Positions 56,777-64,000 of a stretch of 64,000 nucleotides of DNA are shown one piece after another. A program made the translations under genes and the position numbers. The stretch is taken from the NCBI GenBank assembly GCA_964388715.1, contig CAYMBN010000002.1, positions 80,704 through 144,703 on the forward strand, given 5' to 3'. Under the pieces are notes generated by a model, which did not search any database, was not told the origin of the DNA, and saw only the letters and a list, made by a program, of their open reading frames with translations. Source of the stretch: an uncultured Methanosarcinales archaeon. Lineage in GTDB: Archaea; Nanobdellota; Nanobdellia; Woesearchaeales; CAYMBN01. Each line of letters begins with the position of its first letter. Positions within the stretch are counted from its first letter, which is position 1.

Positions 56777-58033
56777 ATGGGAAAAATAAGCCCAGTAAGT
56801 GCAAAATATATTGTTCATGCTACAATTAATATTGAAGGTGTTGTTGATAGACCTGATGTAATTGGTGCTATATTTGGACAAACAGAAGGTCTTTTAGGTA
56901 GTGATCTTGAATTAAGAGAATTACAAAGATCAGGTAGAATTGGTAGAATTGAAGTAAATGTTAACACAAAGTCAGGAAAAACACAAGGTAGTATTATTAT
57001 TCCTTCTTCTTTGGATAAAGCAGAAACAGCTATTGTTGGAGCTGCATTAGAAATAATTCAAAGAATTGGTCCATGTAATGCTAAGATTGTAGTGCAACAA
57101 ATCGAAGATGTTAGAGTTAGTAAAAGACAATTTGTTATTGAAAGAGCAAAAGCATTGTTGAAACAATTAATGGATAAAGTAATGCCTGATTCACAAGAAC
57201 TAGCTGATGAAGTTGCATACTCTGTAAGAGTTATGGAAATTCAGGAGTTTGGTAAAGATAGACTTCCAGCTGGACCTAATGTTGATGAAAGTGATGAAGT
57301 AATTGTTGTAGAAGGAAGAGCTGATGTTCTTAATTTGTTAAAACATGGAATTAAAAATGCAATTGCTTTAAATGGTACATCAATACCACAAACAATAATT
57401 AACTTATGTAAACAGAAGATAGTTACATTGTTTGTTGATGGTGATAGAGGAGGAGATTTGATTATACAGGAAGCAATTACAACTTCTGAGATTGATTATG
57501 TTACAAAAGCTCCTGATGGTAAAGAAGTTGAAGAAATAACAAAGAAAGAAATTCACAAAGCAATTAGAAGCAGAGTTGCAGCAGAACAAGCTAAACTTGA
57601 GGTTTCACAAAAACCTGAAGTGAGAAAGTCAGAAGTAAGGAGACCTGAATCAAGAAAACCAGAATTAAGGAAACCTGAACCAAGAAGGACATTTAGTAGA
57701 CCACAACAACAAACAAGTTATCATAAAAAGGCTACTGTTTCAGCTGATGAGTCAAAGAAGTTTAAAAGTATGCTTGAAGATTTGATTGGTACAAGAGGAG
57801 CATATATACTTGATGAAAAACTTAGTATAATGGGTAAAGTTCCATTTACAGAGTTAATTACAACACTAAGAAATCTTAATGTTGGGATATATGCTGTTGT
57901 ATTTGATGGTGCTGTTGATAGGAATGTTCTACAAGCAGCTGATCAAGTTAAGTTGAAATTTGTAGTTGGAATGGATAACAAAGCAAAAGGAGTTAATACT
58001 AGAGCTAGTGTTTTAACTGTTAATGATTTATAA
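56777..58033 (+). CDS. dnaG: Archaeal DnaG (TOPRIM; exosome-associated primase-like protein)
   Basis: GVVDRPDVIGAIFGQTEGLLG, VVEGRADV, DGDRGG; RKPE-type pentapeptide linker. Confidence 0.95.
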   Translation: MGKISPVSAKYIVHATINIEGVVDRPDVIGAIFGQTEGLLGSDLELRELQRSGRIGRIEVNVNTKSGKTQGSIIIPSSLDKAETAIVGAALEIIQRIGPCNAKIVVQQIEDVRVSKRQFVIERAKALLKQLMDKVMPDSQELADEVAYSVRVMEIQEFGKDRLPAGPNVDESDEVIVVEGRADVLNLLKHGIKNAIALNGTSIPQTIINLCKQKIVTLFVDGDRGGDLIIQEAITTSEIDYVTKAPDGKEVEEITKKEIHKAIRSRVAAEQAKLEVSQKPEVRKSEVRRPESRKPELRKPEPRRTFSRPQQQTSYHKKATVSADESKKFKSMLEDLIGTRGAYILDEKLSIMGKVPFTELITTLRNLNVGIYAVVFDGAVDRNVLQAADQVKLKFVVGMDNKAKGVNTRASVLTVNDL

Positions 58034-58065
58034 TTTGTTTTTATTTCTTTTTTTCTCTTTTTTTA

Positions 58066-58152
58066 GAAAAATCTTTGATTTCAGAGACACAAAAAATCTT
58101 TGATATTTTTTCGTGTTTCTAAAACCTTTCTCACTTTTGTTCGAAAGTTTTC
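58066..58152. repeat. Composite palindromic intergenic element (REP-like)
   Basis: GAAAAATC-TTT-GATTTC; AGAGACAC...GTGTTTCT enclosing a second AAAAATCTTTGAT; TTTC...GAAA hairpin. Confidence 0.45.
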
Positions 58153-58188
58153 GTAATATTTAAAAATAGCTAGGCATTTTTAACGATT

Positions 58189-58728
58189 ATGGCCACCTAT
58201 ATGCATGGATTGAGAATACCTAAGGAAAGGATTGGTGTTCTGATTGGTAAGAAAGGAGAAGTTAAACAACAAATAGAGAATTCTACAAAAACAAAGCTTG
58301 ATATTGATTCTAAGGAAGGAGATGTTTCTATAACAGGAGAGGATGGTATTGGTTTGTTTCATGCAAAAGAAGTTGTGATAGCAATTGGTCGTGGTTTTAA
58401 TCCTGATATTGCGTTATTGCTTCTAAAACAAGATTATATGCTTGAAGTAATTAATCTAGGAGATTATTGTAATAAAAAGAAGTCTGCTTTAAGCAGAATA
58501 CGTGGTAGATTAATAGGTAGGGAAGGTAAATCAAGGCATATAGTTGAAGAATTGACTGAATCTTATGTTTCTGTTTATGGGAAAACAGTTGCAATTATAG
58601 GACTTGCTGAGAATATAACTATAGCAAGGGATGCTATTCAAATGCTTTTGAAAGGAAGTCCGCATAGTACTGTTTATAGATGGCTTGAAAGACAGAGAAA
58701 AAAAATAAGAGAAGCTGAATTAGTTTAA
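58189..58728 (+). CDS. dim2: KH-domain ribosome-biogenesis protein (Dim2/Pno1-like)
   Basis: RIGVLIGKKG, AIGRGF, GRLIGREGK, G.PH.TVY. Confidence 0.92.
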   Translation: MATYMHGLRIPKERIGVLIGKKGEVKQQIENSTKTKLDIDSKEGDVSITGEDGIGLFHAKEVVIAIGRGFNPDIALLLLKQDYMLEVINLGDYCNKKKSALSRIRGRLIGREGKSRHIVEELTESYVSVYGKTVAIIGLAENITIARDAIQMLLKGSPHSTVYRWLERQRKKIREAELV

Positions 58729-59825
58729 GGTAGCCAACTTTTAGGATTTTTAAGTTTTTTTGGAAGGTAGTCGCTTATTACAAAGTTTAATCCATGTTTT
58801 GCAAGAGCTTGTTGTTCTGCTCTTACTTTCATTCTTAACATTTGATTAAGAGCTTTTTGCCATTCTTTATGATGTTGTACAAAAGGATCGTTTTTAAGAC
58901 CATCTTTAAGTCTTTTTATGTCAACATCTTTTAATGGATGACTTGGAAGTTTATAATCTACAATATCTTTGGGAGTAATTCCTATGAATTTTATTTTTGG
59001 TACACAGAAAAACTCATTTATGTGAGCTGCATTACCTGAACCTACTTTTAATGTTCTGTATATGTTTAGGAATCCGTATGGGTCTCCATCTGTAAAACCA
59101 AAAACAGGAATATTTTTTGATTCACTTAATCTTCTGATAAATCTTCTACATGCTCTGGTTGGTACACCACCCATACTAATCAAAATACATTTTGATTTTT
59201 TCCAATAATTATGTTTAACAAGACGTTGAAACATACCTGCTGTTTCAATTGCAAGAATAAATTTTGCATCTGTTTTAAATTTAAGATGTTCTACATTGAT
59301 TGGAATTGAGTAAGCACCTGAACCAAATTTAGTACAATCAATTCTGATTTCCTTACCAGTATCACGATCCTTATCAACAACAATTAATTTGCCTGCGATG
59401 TCACCACCTTTTTCTTCAGGAATGAAACCAAGTTGTTCTCTGTTTACCATAAACATTGCTTCAACATCATCCATTACAGTGTCTGAATCAGGTTGTGCCA
59501 TAAAACGAGCATCACCCCAATTTTTGCTTACATAATATGCTTCTCTTTTTGTTGCAATATCATCTTTTTGAATTAATTCTTTTGAAAGTGTCATCATTCT
59601 TAATGTTTGTGCAAATGTTTTTACTGTTGAAGCTGCGAGTGTTCTTAATTTAGTTTTTCCTATTATCTCAAAATAACCATCTTTAGGGTTATATTTTACA
59701 TTTGATAATGATCTTAAAGGAGTTTTTAAAGTAGGAAGTTTCTTTTTCATTATTTTTTTATACATGCCATTTGATAAATCCTTTATTTTTTTAATTACAT
59801 CAGAATTACTTTTCTTTTTTGTCAT
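58725..59825 (-). CDS. top6A: DNA topoisomerase VI subunit A
   Basis: TKREAYY, AIETAGMFQRL, GVPTRACR, DGDPYG, EQQAL. Confidence 0.95.
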   Translation of the reverse strand: MTKKKSNSDVIKKIKDLSNGMYKKIMKKKLPTLKTPLRSLSNVKYNPKDGYFEIIGKTKLRTLAASTVKTFAQTLRMMTLSKELIQKDDIATKREAYYVSKNWGDARFMAQPDSDTVMDDVEAMFMVNREQLGFIPEEKGGDIAGKLIVVDKDRDTGKEIRIDCTKFGSGAYSIPINVEHLKFKTDAKFILAIETAGMFQRLVKHNYWKKSKCILISMGGVPTRACRRFIRRLSESKNIPVFGFTDGDPYGFLNIYRTLKVGSGNAAHINEFFCVPKIKFIGITPKDIVDYKLPSHPLKDVDIKRLKDGLKNDPFVQHHKEWQKALNQMLRMKVRAEQQALAKHGLNFVISDYLPKKLKNPKSWLP

Positions 59826-61455
59826 CCTTCTCCTCCTTTCCTATTTTTGCAAACTCTTCATCATATTCTGGATTATCAATACCAATCTTGTCAAGTTTAC
59901 CTCTTTTTTGTTCAAGCATCTGTTTTAATTTAGATTCTATCTTAATTTTATCAGCTTTTTTTAGTGATAATAAATCTTTTAATGCATCTGCAACATGAGG
60001 AATGTATTTTTCAATAAAACTTCTTTTCTTTACTTCATCTTTTATACGGTGTTTTTTTCTTACATAGGATGAAAGTTGTCTTCCACACTCTTGTAAAGCA
60101 AGTTTTATCTCTTTAATTATTTCAGGATAGTGTGCAATAGCTTCTTTACTTTCACTTGTGAAAGGAACCCAAACAGATGCAATGTGTACAGCTATTGTAC
60201 AAGGTCCTTGTGGAAATGATCCACTTGATTGGCTTAAACCATAAGAACGCCAACTAGTTTGAATAATTGATTTTGATATTGCACATGCACCCTGTTGGTA
60301 TAGTAAAGGAACCCTATTTGCAAATCTTAGAATATTAACAGTTCCTTCAGAAGTTTGTTCACCACCATAAGCAATACCTGCTTCAACAATAAAAGGATTT
60401 CCTCTATAAACAGATGGTGGACGAGTTGTTGTACAGTAAAATTCTGCATTGATCTCTTTCCTAAGACCTTTTTCTAAAAGGTTTTTACCAATTGGACTTA
60501 TACAATCAGAAGGTGGAGAAATTAATTTTGTTTTTTGAATGCCTTGCATTAACTTCTCAGATTGTTCACGATTCATTTGAATTGGTTTTGTATTTGGTAA
60601 TAATGCTGCATTTTCACAAATCTGTTTAGCTGTACCAGAACCAACTCTAGAAAATTCTTTTGTTAAAAAAGCTTGTAATGTTCTTGAATCAGTATATTTT
60701 AACATTTTTATTAATCTGCCAAGTTCAACACCATACGGATGTGGTTTAATAGATTTTGCTTGCTTAGGCATTTCTTCTGTAACACGTGGAAAAATAATTT
60801 GTTCTGCTTTAGGTGTTGTGTATATAATTGTTGCATGTGGATTTGTTATTGCTGTTTGTTTTAAATATTGATCAATTGATTGGTTTCCTTTTTGATAAGA
60901 AGCTTCAATGTCCATTTCAATTCTTGTACCATGTTCTTTTTTCTTCCAATTAATTTCACCTTCTTTAGCAATTTCAGGTGCGTTCTTTTGTGTATTAATT
61001 CTAAGTTCATAATAATGTGCAGGTAACCCAGCATCTATCTTAGAAGTGATCTTAGCTGATCTTCCAGTTGTAAGTTGTGCATACATTACAGAAGCACTGA
61101 TACCTATCCCTTGTTGACCTCTGTTTTGTTTCATTGAATGAAACTTAGAACCATACAAAAGTTTAGCGAATATTTTTGGAATTTGTCTTTTTACAATACC
61201 AGGACCATTATCTTCAACAATTACCCTGAAACGATCACTACCCATATCAATGACTTCAACAACAAGTTCTGGAAGAATTCGTGCATCTTCACATGCATCA
61301 AGTGCATTGTCAACAGCTTCTTTGATAGTTGTCATTAAAGCTTTTCTTTTATTGTCAAAGCCAAGAAGATGTCTATTTTTTTCAAAGAATTCAGCTACAC
61401 CTATATCTCTTTGTTTTTCTGCTAATGCATGTGCAATAGGTTTCCTTTTTGCCAT
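59806..61455 (-). CDS. top6B: DNA topoisomerase VI subunit B
   Basis: EAVDNALDA, EDNGPGI, RGQQGIGIS, RFANRVPL, VPFTSESKEA. Confidence 0.96.
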   Translation of the reverse strand: MAKRKPIAHALAEKQRDIGVAEFFEKNRHLLGFDNKRKALMTTIKEAVDNALDACEDARILPELVVEVIDMGSDRFRVIVEDNGPGIVKRQIPKIFAKLLYGSKFHSMKQNRGQQGIGISASVMYAQLTTGRSAKITSKIDAGLPAHYYELRINTQKNAPEIAKEGEINWKKKEHGTRIEMDIEASYQKGNQSIDQYLKQTAITNPHATIIYTTPKAEQIIFPRVTEEMPKQAKSIKPHPYGVELGRLIKMLKYTDSRTLQAFLTKEFSRVGSGTAKQICENAALLPNTKPIQMNREQSEKLMQGIQKTKLISPPSDCISPIGKNLLEKGLRKEINAEFYCTTTRPPSVYRGNPFIVEAGIAYGGEQTSEGTVNILRFANRVPLLYQQGACAISKSIIQTSWRSYGLSQSSGSFPQGPCTIAVHIASVWVPFTSESKEAIAHYPEIIKEIKLALQECGRQLSSYVRKKHRIKDEVKKRSFIEKYIPHVADALKDLLSLKKADKIKIESKLKQMLEQKRGKLDKIGIDNPEYDEEFAKIGKEEKDDKKEK

Positions 61456-61631
61456 CTTTTGTCAAAATGCTCGGGAAAAATCCTCGCATTTCCTCCAGAT
61501 TAGTATTTCCTTGGTGGAAAGATAATCTTTCTAAAATTAATAAATAGGTGCTACTTTATAAATCTTTTTTATTTTTGAACTATTCTAAAACATTAAGTTT
61601 ATAAATAAAAAGTGAAATTAATGTATTAGAA

Positions 61632-61789
61632 GGACCCGTAGCCTAGTCTGGCAATCTTTTTGGCAAACAAAAAGTTTGGGCAAATAAGGCGACAGCCTTC
61701 TACGATCTTTCGAGGATAGCTGTAGATCGAGGGTTCGAATTTGCTAAAAGGTTCATTGCCTTTTTGTAATGAAAGTCCCTCCGGGTCCG
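61632..61789 (+). tRNA. trnR: tRNA-Arg(UCU) with three introns (D-loop, 37/38, T-loop 59/60)
   Basis: Acceptor GGACCCG/CGGGTCC; anticodon stem ACAGC/GCTGT with TCT at 61699-61701; T stem GAGGG/CCCTC. Introns at 61652-61683, 61703-61717 and 61740-61775 with BHB helices GUCU/GGGC, CUUC/GAGG and UUCG/UGAA. Confidence 0.92.
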
Positions 61790-61802
61790 TTTCTTTTTAG
61801 AA

Positions 61803-63692
61803 TTAACTTGATATAATTTTCTTAAGTATTGTTTGTTTACCTTTCCAATCAATTGCTTCTTTGAGAACATCTTTTATACTTTCAACAGGAATTATTTGAA
61901 TATCATTAAGTTTTTTTGAATCAATGATAATATCTTTTATATTTGATTTTGGAACAATCACTTTGTTAAGGCCTGCTTCAATTGCTGCTTCAACTTTTGA
62001 GGAAACTCCTCCTACTGGTAAAACTTCACCTCTTACACTTAAAGAACCAGTCATTGCAAGATCTTGTTTTACTGGAACATTTTTTAGTGCAGAAATAATT
62101 GATACAGCGACTGCAATACTTGCTGAATCACCTTCTACGCCTGTGTAGGTTTGTAAAAATTGTAAGTGAATATCATATTTTTCTCTTAAATCTTCACCAA
62201 AATATTTTTTTATTATTGCAGCTACGTTTTTTACTGCTTCTTTTGCGATTTCACCTAGTTTTCCTGTAGCAATAATTTCCTTTTCTTTACCACCTGGTGT
62301 TACTTCTGATTCTATTGGAAGAATAATTCCTGATAATGCTACTCCTGAACCAATTACAGCTAAACCATTTACACGACCCACTCTTTTTCCTGTTGTAACA
62401 ATAACATCATATTCTTTCTTTTGTTCAATAAATTGGTCTGCTATTTGTTTTTCAAGTGGTCTAGCAATTTTTTTTGCTATGACAATATGTTCTTTTTCAA
62501 CAAGTTTAGCATTTTTTTCTTTTGCAATATCTCCAGCTGCTCTTATTAATCCACCTAGTTCTCTTAATCTTAATGTTAAATGTCCTTTTCTGTTTGCCAT
62601 TCTTTTTGCTTGTTCAATAATAAATTCAACTGCTTGTTTTGAAAAGTGTGGTATTTTTTTGTCTTTGGTAACTTCTTGTGCAACAAATTGTGCTATTCTC
62701 ATTCTATTCTCAGCTGTATCCTTGATTGTTTCTTTCATGTAAACTTCATAACCATAACCACGGATTCTACTTCTTAGAGCAGGGTGCATATTTTTTATTG
62801 TTTCTGCATTACCTGCTGCAATAAGGACAAAATTGCAAGGTACTGCTTCTGTTCTAACCATTGCACCTGCGCTTCTTTCACTTTGGCCTGTAATAGGGTA
62901 TTTACCTTCTTGTAATGCTGTTAAAAGTTCTTGTTGTGTATGTGGTTGTAATGTAGCAATTTCATCAACAAACAAAACGCCCATGTTTGCTTTATGGATC
63001 ATGCCTGCAACTATACGTTCATGAGCAGGAGTGCCTAAGCCACCACTTTGGAAAGGATCGTGAAGTACATCTCCTAATAGTGCACCTGCATGTGCGCCTG
63101 TTGCATCCATGAATGGTGCTTGTTTCTTGTTAAAATTGTCAACTACTATCTTTGGAGTTCCTGCGTTTTTTGTACCAGCCATTCTTTTTCCAACATTGAT
63201 AAAGATAACAAATGCTGCTAAGAATAACATTCCTCCAAGAAAGAGTGCAGTAAACATTATTCCACCAAGGATAAGTCCTCCTTCTTTAGAATAATAATTA
63301 AATGCCCACCATGGTGCAAACATTGCAAGTAAAACAAGTATGAATATGAATACATTTTGGTTTTTGAACATTGTCATTGATTGTAATTTTGCTTTTGTAA
63401 CTAATTCTCTTGCTTTGCCAGCTGGGGTAACTCTGATTAAAGGTTGATTTTCGTCATTTGGATTAGGAAATGCAACTGTGTCAACTAGTTTTTCTTTTGG
63501 TAATAGTTCTGCAAGTGCTAAACCTAACATAGATTTACCAGTACCTGGTTCACCAATCAATAAAACGTGTCTTCTTTGTTGAGCTGCTTTCTTGATTACA
63601 TTAACAGCATCATCTTGTCCAATAACTTGATTGATGATATTCTTAGGAACCTTTATCTTTTCAGTTGTTTTAAAGTTGAAATCCCCCTTCAT
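61803..63692 (-). CDS. lonB: Membrane-anchored ATP-dependent protease LonB
   Basis: GEPGTGKS, two TM helices inserted in the AAA domain, LFVDEI, GDSAS, VGGV..K. Confidence 0.96.
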   Translation of the reverse strand: MKGDFNFKTTEKIKVPKNIINQVIGQDDAVNVIKKAAQQRRHVLLIGEPGTGKSMLGLALAELLPKEKLVDTVAFPNPNDENQPLIRVTPAGKARELVTKAKLQSMTMFKNQNVFIFILVLLAMFAPWWAFNYYSKEGGLILGGIMFTALFLGGMLFLAAFVIFINVGKRMAGTKNAGTPKIVVDNFNKKQAPFMDATGAHAGALLGDVLHDPFQSGGLGTPAHERIVAGMIHKANMGVLFVDEIATLQPHTQQELLTALQEGKYPITGQSERSAGAMVRTEAVPCNFVLIAAGNAETIKNMHPALRSRIRGYGYEVYMKETIKDTAENRMRIAQFVAQEVTKDKKIPHFSKQAVEFIIEQAKRMANRKGHLTLRLRELGGLIRAAGDIAKEKNAKLVEKEHIVIAKKIARPLEKQIADQFIEQKKEYDVIVTTGKRVGRVNGLAVIGSGVALSGIILPIESEVTPGGKEKEIIATGKLGEIAKEAVKNVAAIIKKYFGEDLREKYDIHLQFLQTYTGVEGDSASIAVAVSIISALKNVPVKQDLAMTGSLSVRGEVLPVGGVSSKVEAAIEAGLNKVIVPKSNIKDIIIDSKKLNDIQIIPVESIKDVLKEAIDWKGKQTILKKIISS

Positions 63693-63784
63693 CTTATCAG
63701 TGAAAATAGGGTATTTCTTTATAAATTTACCGAAAATTTAATAAATCCTGGTTTTTATATTAAATATGTAAAAGGTGATGGTTA

Positions 63785-64000
63785 GTGGCGCTTACAAAAG
63801 AAGAGATTATAAAGAAAATAGGTGTGGGTGGAAAAGAAGAGTATGCTGAAGAAAGTAAAGATAATTTTCAATATACGGGTTGGCCTAAGCCTGGTAAACG
63901 TTTTAAAATTATATGGGAAATATGGAATCTTTCTATAGAAGAAACTTATTTTTGGATGTTGAATTATCTTACTGAAGGTTGGGGTTATGTTCAAGTAGAA
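63785..64000 (+). CDS. Hypothetical protein (N-terminal 72 aa; runs off the window)
   Basis: GTG after AGGTGA RBS and promoter ACCGAAAATTTAATAAA. MALTKEEIIKKIGVGG...SIEETYFWMLNYL...; open to the end of the window. Confidence 0.7.
   Translation, partial: MALTKEEIIKKIGVGGKEEYAEESKDNFQYTGWPKPGKRFKIIWEIWNLSIEETYFWMLNYLTEGWGYVQVE

Noticed and set aside
63782..63994. 70-aa minus-strand ORF
   Set aside because: It is the shadow of the + strand partial gene, which has an RBS and promoter.

Overview
AT-rich archaeal chromosomal segment. Topo VI A/B, archaeal DnaG, LonB, Elp3, Taw1, EndoQ, BRE/TATA promoters and BHB-intron tRNAs point to a DPANN archaeon, most likely Woesearchaeota-like (inference). 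The left ~34 kb is an all-minus-strand island of giant secreted or surface proteins (3131, 2924, ~1290, 1275 and >662 aa). These carry LamG, LVIVD, FG-GAP/VCBS, NosD, cohesin and PGF-pre-PGF domains and phage-fibre-like chaperone tails. Each of its four apparent transcription units opens with a small DNA-binding protein (tandem ArsR, an unlisted RHH, a double and a single HTH of one family) whose stop overlaps the giant gene's start. Palindromic candidate operators lie upstream of three of them. The island also holds a 1215-bp tandem duplication and a split, catalytically degenerate gingipain(C25)-like domain interrupted by an M64 peptidase. The right ~30 kb is mostly housekeeping (RNA modification, DNA repair, nucleotide sanitisation, Rio1/KH, Topo VI, Lon). 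It also contains two tRNAs with three introns each (Cys-GCA, Arg-UCU) and a highly structured 580-bp region upstream of dnaG. That region includes a candidate anti-Shine-Dalgarno sRNA with an 11-nt match to the occluded RBS of a gene 18 kb away. No CRISPR array, transposase, integrase or reverse transcriptase was seen.
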